From Negaprion brevirostris (taxonomy: Eukaryota), in contig JARDVH010000025.1 in NCBI GenBank assembly GCA_030324005.1, positions 59,466,786-59,530,785 on the forward strand: DNA of 64,000 nt, read 5' to 3'. This document shows, piece by piece, positions 12,193 to 24,354 of the stretch. The position numbers and the translations under genes are program-made. How positions within the stretch are numbered: position 1 is the first letter of the stretch; every line of letters starts with the position of its first letter. The notes beneath the pieces were generated by a model. That model saw only the letters and a list, made by a program, of their open reading frames with translations, ran no database searches and was not told the DNA's origin.

Positions 12193-13329
12193 AACATATT
12201 TTGGTCAAAGCAGTCATTGCTAGATATCTGTATGAAATGAAGCATTTTATTTTGGGAGGCAAAAAAGCTGTTAGTTCATCCTGCTCCTAGAATACATCCT
12301 TAGCAATACTAATAACACATTATATCGAAGTCCTGGGCATAATTTAATGGTTGCATCAGGAGACGAGTACTCTGCATATGTTATCCCCACTGTGGCCATT
12401 TTTGGGACATCCAATGGGATTTGGATCCAATTGCACACTTACTCTCTCATATCAAATGTGGGAAACTTTCCCCTCAGGAAATCTTGCTGCCGTTTGAATG
12501 CCCTGCTTCTGGGACCTGTCGGGCTATCAGAGGCTGAGGCAGCTCGCTAGTAGCAGCAGTGCCAACGGGAGCAGTTGTCCCTGTCAGTATTGTATTGCAT
12601 TCTGCAACAGGGATCAATGATGAAGCCCAAGGGAAAATGTGAGTGGAGTGAGTTTGTCGGGGCCAGACAGGGAGGCTTTGGCAATGGGTAAGGGAGGGGT
12701 GGTCAATTTGAGAGTCAGAAGGGTGTCTTATTCTATTAGTGCTCCATCAGACATGGAGTGCATGAGAAGGAGTGACTCCCCTACCAGGCCTCAGATACCC
12801 ATCGGGTATTCTTGACAGAAGGCTTGATTGATGTGGTCCCTGTCCACCACCAGTTAAATACTTGCAGCAGCAAAATTAATCCCTTAAGGGCTCAAATTCG
12901 TTGAGCCTCCCTGCCTGGATTTCATTGTAACAAAACAGGAAAGTGGCTGGATCACCACCCTGCACCTTCCCGAGTGCTCACATGGCATCCCCACCCTTAC
13001 CACATCTCAACCTGCCTCTGGGGGATGTTCCCCTAATCTTAAAACTATTCTTCCTTAACTTACGACAGTGCTTTATTGCTGTGAGATAATAATGAACCAA
13101 CATAGTAAATGTTTCTATATTAAAATAATCTACCATACCATTCCCCAACTGAACCTATATCTGCCAGCAATCTGTTTCTTAGCTTAGGTTTTTTACACCT
13201 GCATTTATCTTCCTATGATCCACAAACTTGCTGATTACATGCAAGTATAGTCCCATAGGAATCAACGTTAAGGTGTTTGTTCTTCATTGTCTTTATTACC
13301 TATCTTGGTGAGGACATTGGGGAATTGTC

Positions 13330-13575
13330 AGCAGGTCTAATACAGATAGGAAATACACAGTAAATAGCAGAACCCTTAAAGAGTATTGATAGGCAAAGGG
13401 ATCTGGGTGTACAGGTACACAGGTCACTGAAAGTGGCAGTGCAGGTGGAGAAGGCAGTCAAGAAGGCATATGGTATGGTTGCCTTCATCGACCAGGGTAT
13501 TGAGTTTAAAAATTAGCAAGTCATATTGCAGCTTTATAGAACCTTAATTAGGCCGCACTTGGAATATAGTGTTCA
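13330..13575 (+). mobile_element. CR1 LINE RT C-terminal fragment
   Basis: Encodes QRDLGVQVHRSLKVAVQVEKAVKKAYGMVAFI..RPHLEYSV. Confidence 0.88.
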
Positions 13576-13731
13576 NNNNNNNNNNNNNNNNNNNNNNNNN
13601 NNNNNNNNNNNNNNNNNNNNNNNNNNNNNNNNNNNNNNNNNNNNNNNNNNNNNNNNNNNNNNNNNNNNNNNNNNNGATCCAAGCTGATTGGAATAGGCAT
13701 AGCTCCTCCTCCAAGGCTTGATCTAATTTGC

Positions 13732-13752
13732 ATCTTAGCCAAAAGGCCGAGA
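13732..13752 (-). pseudogene. Second U2-like 5' segment (nt 7-27) within a non-U2 sequence
   Basis: Reverse complement TCTCGGCCTTTTGGCTAAGAT, continuing GCAAATTAGATCAAGCCTTGGAGGAGGAGCTATGCC (not U2). Confidence 0.8.
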
Positions 13753-13822
13753 TGCCGCTATAAAAAATTGCTTCAAAAGAAGCTAAAATGTAATCTAATT
13801 ACTTCAACCAATACAGCATGTC

Positions 13823-13855
13823 GATACTACACTTGATCTTAGCCAAAAGGCCGAG
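13823..13855 (-). pseudogene. U2 snRNA 5' fragment (nt 8-40)
   Basis: Reverse complement CTCGGCCTTTTGGCTAAGATCAAGTGTAGTATC is identical to recalled vertebrate U2 nt 8-40 (stem-loop I plus branch-point recognition GTAGTA); similarity then stops. Confidence 0.9.
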
Positions 13856-15784
13856 GACCCCTAAAATAAGAGCAAAATACTCCAGATGCTGGAAATCTGC
13901 AATAAAAACAGGAAGTGCTAGAAATACCCAACCCGGCATGCTGCCAGATCTGATAAGCTCTTGATCCCACCTTGGGAACCTAGGCTGTTACATCTTTCTC
14001 AGGGATGAATAGCAGTGACAGGCAAAGGCAGAAAATCTAAGGCTGAAAGAAAATTTGATGGCTGTTCATTGAATAAGGAGCCATTTTGCAGACATGACCA
14101 AAGATTACAATGTTTAAGAAATGTGCAGACATAAATTAATTTAAATAGTAATAAACAAGATAGGCAATTAATTTTAATAGTGTTCTGTTGTACTATTATA
14201 AACTGAACTTTGCAGCATGCATAGCAATTGACATTGATTTTAGATATAAAACAAATGTTAAAACCCTAATTTCTAAATAAAATGATATTAGCATGAATTT
14301 TTATGAAGCTGGTGTCTGAATGTATTAAACCAGTTTATTTAATTATTTTCCTTGTATATCATTAATAAAGTGCAAAATTTGAGAACTTCCATCAGAATCT
14401 TTTCCATTTCTATATTTATGTAATCAGCCTTCTAAAAGAAACGTAGAGCAGTCATTCTCAGAGAAAAGCACTGATGTATTTTTCTAAGATTATGAAGGTT
14501 TTTAGTGCACAAACCATTATCCGAACTCCAGGACACAATGTTGTAGCATATTTGCTTTGAGCTAAGATTACTGTGTGATTTTCATTCTTACTAAGGAATT
14601 TTAATGACTCAACCAACACCAAAGCATGAATTTCTGGCAAAAACTTTGCAGTAATTATTTTTATATTATAGCCCATACATCATATTCTGGAGTTTTAGAT
14701 TGTGCAAAAAACTTTTCCATTAAATATACAAAAGAGTATGAGGACTGGTGCAACCAATCAACGGGATGCGCAATGCTGTCTTCTGTTTCCTCTTAGGACG
14801 TTTGCTCATTAAGTATTAACTGTGCTCAAATGAGCTGACTTTACCTGACTGTTCAGTTTATTAATATATTTAACTGGCACTCATGGCTGTAGCACACGAT
14901 TGACAAGGATCACCACGTGGAACTTGGAGCACCTGAAGGCATTAAANNNNNNNNNNNNNNNNNNNNNNNNNNNNNNNNNNTTAGTATTTTTTCAATATTT
15001 GTCAGTTTGGAGACAAAAAATGAATAGAAAGAATGGCTTGGTCGTAAGACAAAAAGAGATTGCTTTATGTTTTAGACCTGCTTCATTCAAATGCCCAATC
15101 CACTATTTAGCATCTGAAGCAATGTTCAACTAACCAAACCATTCCATAGCAAAGGGCGCTAATTTCTGTTTTACTTTGAATGCTCTTATTTTCCCAGTAT
15201 GATTTATAAATTATGAAATATCAATGAGGTTTCACGGAATCAGAGTAGAAACATCAATGTTCATCATCATGAATGGTTTAGTAGAACCAGTACTGACCAA
15301 GTTGGCCAAGTCTCAATAGACCTAGTTTCTTGACTTGGCCTGTATTAGGTGGTGAAGGAACTAACACAAGGAAGTCATCTGGCTACCATTGTCCTCACCG
15401 ACCTACTTGTTGTGGAAGTCTGTTCACAATGGCATAAGTGGCCATTCTTCAGTTTATGTGAAGATGTCTTGACTTGACTGTGAGGACTTCCCCTATTGTG
15501 TCCTGTGGTTTTAGATCAGGGAATTCCCCATAGAAATTCCACCCATATGTCTTTTGACTTTTAGAGTCAGAGAATTGGAGCAAGAGTGTCTTAACATATC
15601 CCCAATTCACATTTTGGTCTAGAGAACTCCATTTGAGACATTTTGAAGAATAGTGTCATCTTGCTTCTTAAAATGGAAATTAGTTTCCATGAAACTAAAT
15701 ATTTTAAATGTGAAAAGTGTGGTTGTAGACTCTTTATTTACAACTTTAATTGGTTCATTTAGTTTCAATAAGCTGTTAAACTTG

Positions 15785-16842
15785 ATACTTCATTGTATTT
15801 TGTCAACAGAATTATTTTCAAACAATAGGTCTGAATTTTACTCTCCTCTACCGTTAGGTTTCCAGGCACAGTAAGGCATGAAATTGCAGAGGTGGGATTC
15901 CCACCATCTTCCCACTTGCCCTGACCACACATCATTTTATGGGATGGGAAGCTTGGATGGGAAGCTGGCTGTTGAGGCCGGAGTGGACAGTTAATGGCCA
16001 TAGGATGTGGAAGCTATTGAAAGGGTGCAGAGGAGATTTACAAGGATGTTGTCTGGATTGGGTGGCATGCCTTATGAGGATAGGTTGAGGGAGCTCGGTC
16101 TTTTCTCCTTGGAGAGACGAAGGATGAGANNNNNNNNNNNNNNNNNNNNNNNNNNNNNNNNNNNNNNNNNNNNNNNNNNNNNNNNNNNNNNNNNNNNNNN
16201 NNNNNNNNNNNNNNNNNNNNNNNNNNNNNNNNNNNNNNNNNNNNNNNNNNNNNNNNNNNNNNNNNNNNNNNNNNNNNNNNNNNNNNNNNNNNNNNNNNNN
16301 NNNNNNNNNNNNNNNNNNNNNNNNNNNNNNNNNNNNNNNNNNNNNNNNNNNNNNNNNNNNNNNNNNNNNNNNNNNNNNNNNNNNNNNNNNNNNNNNNNNN
16401 NNNNNNNNNNNNNNNNNNNNNNNNNNNCGCTGGGGTCTTTTAAGAGACTTCTGGATGAGTACATGGGATTTAATGGGATTGAAGGTTATAGATAGGCCTG
16501 GTAGGTAGGGATATGATCGGTGCAATTTGTGGGCCGAAGGGCCTGTTTGTGCTGTAGTGTTCTATGTTCTATGTTCTATTTGAGGGCTGTTTCCACCCAG
16601 CCTCAATTTGTAGGTTGGTGGGTATATTCAACCTCCATGGAACAAGTCCTGAAAGCATCAAAGTTAGATCCCAGGCAGGAAGTGAGTGGAGGATGGGTCC
16701 TCCATCAGAAGACTCTTTCTAACTACAGCTTCCCACCTCTGCAGTTTCATGCCTTCCTGTGCCTGGAAACCTGCCTGTGGGGAAGCATAAAGTTCAGGCC
16801 TACTTTAGAAAATAATTCCGTTGACAAAATACAATAAAGTAT
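15785..16842. mobile_element. Non-autonomous DNA element with ~110-bp inverted arms, interrupted by a CR1
   Basis: 15785-15897 is approximately the reverse complement of 16731-16842. Confidence 0.75.
16005..16580 (+). mobile_element. CR1 LINE 3' fragment with ttctatg microsatellite tail
   Basis: EAIERVQRRFTRMLSGLGGMPYEDRLRELGLFSLERRRMR..LGSFKRLLDEYM; tail tgttctatgttctatgttcta. Confidence 0.92.
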
Positions 16843-17045
16843 TTCTCGCTTTAGGTCCAATGATCTCCGGACGTCCCTCGAATTCGCAGTCTCTCCCTGA
16901 GAAGCCAGTCGCTCCCCCAGTGAACCCCCAGGCATATCCTCCCCTCCTTACATAAGGGCCCCTTACACTTGTCTTCTGGATCTAGCACTCATCCTCGCAC
17001 AGATTGGCGTAATTCCACTTCTGTCCACTGCAGTGCTGTGGCTTT

Positions 17046-17390
17046 GATTCGATTTGATTCAATTCGATTTGATTTAATTTATTATTGTTACATGTATTGG
17101 TATAAAGCGAAAAGTATTGTTTCTTGCACACTATACAGACAAAGCATACCATTCATAGAGTACTTAGGGGAGAAGGAAACTTCTCGTGGTGCAGAATGTC
17201 GTGCTACAGTCATAGCTGGGATGTAAAGAAAGATCAGCTTTTGAATGGACTTTTAATGGACTTAAGTCCATTCAAAAGTCTAATGACAGCAAGGCAGAAG
17301 CTGTTCTTGAGTCATTTGGTATGTGACCTCAGACTTTTGTATCGTTTTCCCAATGGAAGAAGATGGAAAGGTGTATGTTCGGGAGTACGT
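17046..17390 (-). mobile_element. Rex1/Babar LINE 3' end
   Basis: Closely similar to 62211-62445 (aaaagtattgtttcttgca..gtccattcaaaagtct..aagctgttcttgagtc); gattc/gattt repeat tail. Confidence 0.8.
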
Positions 17391-17491
17391 AGACAGGGAC
17401 ATGTCCTGCACTACGCTTCCTGACGTCAATGACTTTCAGGGCTGCAGGGATTGGAGATATGCTGGCCAACCTGATCAGCCAGCATCTCTCT

Positions 17492-18190
17492 AAGAACATA
17501 AGAACTAGGAGCAGGAGTAAAAGAAAGGACGGTCTGAGAAAGCTCATGTTTTAGCTGCCTCTGTGGAACAGGCTACACAGAATTTCCTGGAGAAGGGTGA
17601 CAAAATTCTCAAGCCTGCTCCACCATTCAATAAGTTCATGGCTGATCTTTTCATGGACTCAGCTCCGCCCGCCTGCTCGCTCACCATAACCCTTAATTCC
17701 TTTACTGTACAAATATTTATCTATCCTTGCCTTAAAAAAAATCAATGAGGTAGCCTCAACTGCTTCACTGGGCAGGGAATTCCACAGATTCACAACTTTG
17801 TGTCAAGAAGTTCCTCCTCAACTCAGTCCTAAATCTGCTTCCCCTTATTTTGAGGCCATGTCCCCTAGTTCTAGTTTCATCCGCCAATGGAAAGAACTTC
17901 CCTGTTTCTATCTTATCTATTCCCTTCATAATCTTATATGTTTCTACAAGATCTCCCCTCATTCTTTTGAATTCTAATGAGTATAGCCCCAGTCTGCTCA
18001 GTCTCTCCTCATGAGCCAACCCTGTTAACTCCAGAACCAACCTAGTGAATCTCCTCTGCACCCCCTCCTTTCTCAAGTAAGGAGACCAAAACTGTATACA
18101 GTACTCCAGGGGTCGCCTCACCAGCACCTTATACAGCTGCAACATAACCTCGCTGTTTTTAAACTCCATCCCTCTAGCAATGAAGAACAA
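17492..18190 (-). mobile_element. CR1 LINE 3' fragment
   Basis: IARGMEFKNSEVMLQLYKVLVR..LGLYSLEFKRMRGDLVETYKIMKG..TRGHGLKIRG; aagaacataagaac tail. Confidence 0.92.
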
Positions 18191-21100
18191 GGTGGGACTT
18201 CCTCCCAAGTGAGGGGCAAAAGTCCAGCCTGCAGCTAATTATACCCATTGGAGCCTAAACTGGCAAAAAGGCAGTCGGAGTCATGTTTCCCCCAATGACC
18301 CTTCAGATGGTGAGAGGCGGGCCACATCATCTAAAAAATTCAGGCCATGAACTTACAATAATCTAAACTAGCAGCAAATTTTTCACATACAAGACAATAT
18401 TCTTCACCATCACATTTGCCCCATCTCAGATCATGTGTAGCCTGGAGATGAGCAACTGACTACTGAGGGTGTAATAAATTCACTATTTAAAATTTAAAAG
18501 AAGTATATTAGTCTCAGGAGGACTAAGAGTGTTTCAGTATAAATGAACTAAAACCTTGGAACCAAGTCTTGATGAGGGCTCACATTCAAATATATGCTTA
18601 TTTCTTCCCTCTCATAAATGCCGAACAATCCTGCCATTCATTTCAATATTTTCAGTTTTAAAAATCTTAAAATACCAGACTATGAATTAATGTTATCAAT
18701 AAAAAATTAACAAAGGATATTGGACAACGCCCTTAAAAATAGGAACTGCATTTATGTGCAGACAGCTGCCGATGATTTGCATCCCCAGCCACCTACTGCC
18801 TTTGGCCATGCAAATATCCCAGCAGGACTCCAGGAAGAGGCAACCCACCATCAACTGAGCTGAGCATCAGAAAAAACAGAACAAGCAAGTCTAACCGCAT
18901 GATCAGAGTCTTAAAAACAACCGGAGGCAGTGAAGTGCATCTTGCCTTGAGTCTTTGGCCTGCCCCCAGAACACAAGACAGCCATGTGGGTTTGGGAGCA
19001 GGAGCATGCATCAGACATCTTCGAGCACTGCCCAGCTGAGATGCCCAATAATCGTAGCTAGATGGAAATTGAGTCTGGAAGCCATGAGCAATCCATCCCA
19101 TCTTACTGAAACACTGAACCTGCAACAGCTACAGGCACCAAGTCCATTTGCACAGAGAGAGTCCCAGAAAATCCTGTGGTAATATAGATATTGCAGGGAC
19201 TTGATGTAACAGGTCTCTGCCCTTGTCAGTGCCTAGTTAAAAACCGATTTCCCAGACACAGATCAGCGAAAAATACATCCTGACATCTTTGTATGATATT
19301 CATGTGTCAGCTATTTATGTTAAAGGAGTTAATACTGCTATCAAAATAGCAGAAAAAGGCTTGTCTCAGAAATGGTACATCTTTGACTTTATAATGTATT
19401 CTGCAAAAAAAGAAGGAATGTCTGGTCATTGTGAGATTAACTTCGAGATACATTTTCGAAAAGGAAGTTGTCATAATGTAGTAAATCAAATATGAACTTT
19501 GCTGAAATTATTAAAATTGATTATATCATCATTATTCTTGCTCAAAACAAATACGTTTCCGTCACCTCACTGCAAAGATCAATTAAATTACCCATGCAAA
19601 GGTATCAGTTTAATGATACATACAGTTGTATGCCATGTGCATTACTATTTTTAGCCACCTTTATCTTATCTTTTTGTTTGTGATGACAGACAATTTGACA
19701 CATTTGAGATTTAAGATAGTGTACATCAGGAAGTTTTCAGGGTGTTTAACTGCCTGGATAAATAATGTCTAGGGCAGAGCTGTCAACTGATATACCCTGC
19801 TCATTCTGATAGTAAAATATGATTAGCTTGAAAGAAAGCCTCAGGGGCCAAAAAAGAAACAGCATATCAGTGCAATACCCCCTCAGCTGTCTTTAGGTTT
19901 CTTCATGCCTCAGTGACTGAGACAGCCATCAGAATACAGATCTACAGCTGGAATCTTGAAATTAAGTGCAGTGGGATTTAAATTTTAATAAAAATAGACT
20001 GCATGAAGAGGGAGACCATTTGTTTTTAAAAGAAAGTGTCACACAAAGTATGTTGTGTGCTTTATTTAAATAAGCCTGTATTATCATTGCTGTAAATGTT
20101 ATTCATCATGTAGTGAAATCTGACCGGGTTAAAACTTACATTGCTACAAAATTAATGGTTTATGCCCAAAACTGAAAAGAATATTAAGCAACTCCACAAC
20201 ACATTATTAAGCATTCAGGTTCACTAATAACTATGAATAATTTGAATTGATAAGCCTCTTTTTAATGTTGTCTTTATTGTCGGCTTCAGGGCACAAAACA
20301 GAATTGAAGTAAAATACGAGGTGCCAAAGTACTATTGGGTGGAGTTGATCCAAAATTTGTCAAAGTCTCAGATTCAGTCTGAAAACGGGCATGTTGTTCT
20401 TCAGCTGCATTGCTGAGATTTCTCTCCAGAGATTGCCCACACATAGACATCAGGGCATACCCCTCTTTCCCTCCTCCCTCCTACCCCCCCACCACACCCC
20501 ATCTCCTGACATGATGTCACACTAGCAGTATCATGACAAACAAGGGCCTGGCAAAGAGAACCCACCAGTGGCACACAGATAGATATAATTGCTTGTCCAC
20601 ACAGTAATATGGCTGTTGGGGTTGTCTGTGGGGTAGGGAGTTTGGGTTACCCCATGTGTGGCAGTTCCTTGGGGTGAGGGCTGATGAATGTATCAGGGGT
20701 CCAAGTCCATGAGGTATCCTTTTTTGCACTTTTATTAAAAAATATGTCCCAAGTTTCTTGAAGGCCAAGGTTGCTGGAGGGGTGGACTCATTTAGACCTA
20801 TGGGACATTCCTGGACCCACCGCCACTTCCACGATTTTTTTAACTATGTGTCAAAAAGTATGGTGGGGAATGCCAGCAGTGGAGCCAATGGTCTGCACAT
20901 TGTTTTTCCTGACTGAGTTGGCACCAAGTTAAAAAATTCCACCCACTACTTCATTAGGCTATTCATTTGATTGGCACGGGTTTTTTTGGAAATTGGGGCC
21001 TATTGTCTGTTCGCATGGTGTTGGTTATGGAACATGTCCCCGAGAGAAGTCGTCATCATCTCCTGTATGTTCATTGCAAGTCTTTATTAAGAACATGTAT

Positions 21101-22014
21101 CTATATACAAATATACAGTAATGGCCACAGGAGTGGAATTACCACCATCCTCAGTCTTAACAGACTTCTGGCCAACATCACACTGATGCTAGGTTTGGGT
21201 TATGTGCTTCTTTTTCACTGCATGGATGGCACTGTACGCAATCCCATATTAATCCTGTGTACCAGACTCTTTAACTATGTTGTCATTTTGGCTGCCTATT
21301 TTGATGCCACACTAAGCTTTGAAGGAGAACAATGAGATTGATATATGATTTATAAGTAAGATTTTTAGGGCATTTAATTGATGACATTAAAATAAACAAA
21401 TCATTAGCTTTAATTGGTAGGTTGGTGCATGGGTGGTCAAAATGTTTTTTTTAAGGAGGATCAGGGTTGGAATATAAAGTACATGGAACTAGGCTAAATG
21501 TTCAGAGGAACTTCTTACATCTTGACCTCTTAGACAAGTTACTGGGGTATGTGCAACGAAAGGAGATTTACTGCAACTTACATTCCTAGATCATCCCAGT
21601 TCCAGCGACGCAGTTCTTCTCAGTGGAATTTCAGTTTTAGCTCTGCAGTTTTTACAAGCTAAGTTCAAGTTCTTTCCTGCAAGCGTTCAAATGATTCTCC
21701 AAAGGCAATAGCTTCTGTATACACAGGGTTATTCCCTTGCAATCTTCTTTATATGGTTCACTTCTTTCCTTCATTTTGGTTCTGTTTGCCTTTTCCTTTT
21801 GGCTGTGCCTGTGTGCAAATCACCTTCTGCCTCAAGTTCTCCTTCTTCCAGCTTTTTTTGTGTCTGCCAGCCACACAACTTACATATTTTAACTTACTTC
21901 CTGTTGGTATTGCTTCCAGATCAAATGTTGCCAGTTCACATGGTCTAGTACTTGTTTTATTAAATGAAAACTACGATTGATGCCTTTACAATTGTCACAA
22001 ATAACTAAAAGAAG

Positions 22015-22170
22015 AATCATAGAATCCCTCCAGTGCAGAAGGTCACTCAGCCTATCAAGCCTGCACCAACAACAATCTCACCAGACCCTATCCCCGTAAC
22101 CCCACACATTTACCTTGCTAATCCCCCTGACACAAAGAGGCAATTTAGCATGGCCAATCAACCGAACTTG
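22015..22170 (-). mobile_element. HE1-type SINE 3' half
   Basis: atcatagaatccctccagtgcagaagg..gcaatttagcatggccaatc. Confidence 0.75.
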
Positions 22171-22909
22171 CACATTTTTGTATTTTCCAAACAGTTTTAA
22201 AAACAAGTACAATTTAATATTTTCCAAGGATAGTAGAAGAGGCCAGGAAAGCAGTGCTGAAGGAAATGTGCAGCAGGGTTGTGCTCCCTTAAGCCTGGAT
22301 ATAATGCTCAAGATGTTCAAGGACCTTGGGAAAGGAGAGTGACAGAACACTCTCTGGTGCCAATCCCCCGCACTTGGATTCAATGCTAGACATTGTGTGC
22401 TCAAGAGATGGTGAGAGATTAGCTAGATAAATGGTGTGAGACAAATCATTCAAGCCATAAGAACAGCGAGGTTGGCTATAAACTACCACAGGCAGGGAGA
22501 AGGCACACATATTGAGGAATCAATTGCAAGGATGGGTAAAGAGCTGAGGCAATGCATCACAGAAAGAAAAGTGATTGTGCAGGAGAACATCAACAGAGTT
22601 AATAGCACTTTTTTCACGGCATGCAAATGATCTGAAGACAATTTGTTGTCAGATTCATCTACAGAAATGATCCATATAATGTTTGATGTTAATAACTTTA
22701 GTCAACACTCTTATCAGGCCCAATAGTGAAAATAAATCATACATCTGTCCGGCCCCAAACTATGGTGCATTAGATGTCCCAATTAAATTTAAAAAGTAAT
22801 AGCGTTACTATTAATTTCTGCCGTTTTTAATTGACTTTTTAATTCCTGGGATGGATAAATATTTGGGGTACTTGTTTTGTGCAGTTGTGACATGGAGTTT
22901 GAGGGGAGG

Positions 22910-23163
22910 CATTGATGTAGTAGTAATGACACTGCATAATAATCCTAAGACCCTGGCGAATACTCTGGAGACATGGGTTCAAATCCACCAGTTGCCATGG
23001 TGCAATTCAAATTCAATTAATAATCTGGAATTAAAATGAGTCTATTGCTGACTGCAAACAGTTGTCATAAAAACCTATCTGGTTCACTGGCACTGGAGGG
23101 AAAGAAATCTGCTTCCCTTGTCAGGCCTGCATGTGAAGCCAGACTCACTACATTGTATTTGAC
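22910..23163 (+). mobile_element. SINE-like repeat (family of 668-975), 5' part
   Basis: gacatgggttcaaatcc..aattcaattaataatctggaatt..aaaacctatctggttcact..gactc. Confidence 0.65.
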
Positions 23164-24354
23164 NNNNNNNNNNNNNNNNNNNNNNNNNNNNNNNNNNNNN
23201 NNNNNNNNNNNNNNNNNNNNNNNNNNNNNNNNNNNNNNNNNNNNNNNNNNNNNNNNNNNNNNNCCAGGCATGTCCCTCATCACTCAGGAGCTATACTTAT
23301 CTGTGCACCCATGGCATGATGATCATGACTGGTTTTTTTGAAAACAAATCATGATTCCTATTGATGTGGTATCTCAGTGACTCGTTAGGAAGATACATTC
23401 AGGGCAGAAGTAGTGATGTCAAGCTCTATAATGATATTCTAATGCAAGCAAACCAGGGTCATGCCCTCCCTGGGCGTGAATCTGATCACATCATCGGAGG
23501 GGGTGGGAAGATCTGAAACTAGAATCTCAGCAGCACAAATCCCATTTTTGGCCTCTCACACGATTTAGCAACCACTACAGGATTTGCACTCACAGCTTGC
23601 ATGGCCGCTAAATTGCGGCTCTTAATTTGCCGACTATCTGAGGACTATCTGAGATAGAGAGAGAGAGAGAGAAAAAGCAGATCAGGTTATTCCACTGAAC
23701 AAAGGCCAGAGTATTGGCAGGCGAGAGTGAAGGAGATCCTCATACTTGCCACATTCAGTAATGACATTAGGAGGAGTGGTTGGCACAATTACAGCTCTCA
23801 TGAGATCCATCATGTTTCACCAATGTTAACAAAACCTACATGAAGCAGAAGTACAATAATTTGCCACGGTTGTTGTGTTACCGGATGTATTTTGAAAGGG
23901 CGGTGTGCTGATAGCAGTTAATGACTATCATAGGAACATTTGTCTTTTTTTGAAAAGGATAAACTTTATTTTGATAAAAGAAGGATCTTTTTCCTTCACA
24001 GACTGTCTGCCCATCGCACCATAATGCTAAACCTATAAAAATCTTTGGCTAAACCAGAGTTATAATTAAGATCAGGTGCAACACAGCACCTATACTTAAT
24101 GGATCTTTGCCTAAATGTGCAACATTATTCAAGGAGCTAAGTTTGTTCATTTGTGCATTACACCCTCGAATCCAGCACAAGCCTGAACCAAGTTCTCCAT
24201 GGCTTGAACAGAGATTAATAGAATCCCCTTCAATCGGCCAAAAAAAATTTTGTGGAACCCCTCCCCAATGGATTTCTTTCTAGTTTGTTTTCCGAACTGT
24301 CATTCTTAGATGAATGAGAAAATGATGCTGTTTTTTCAGTGACACCATCTTCCA

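Noticed and set aside
13732-13855. Functional U2 snRNA gene, or a CRISPR-like repeat-spacer unit
   Set aside because: Only nt 8-40 and 7-27 of U2 are present, with no Sm site or 3' stem-loops. There are only two copies, the context is eukaryotic, and no cas genes are present.
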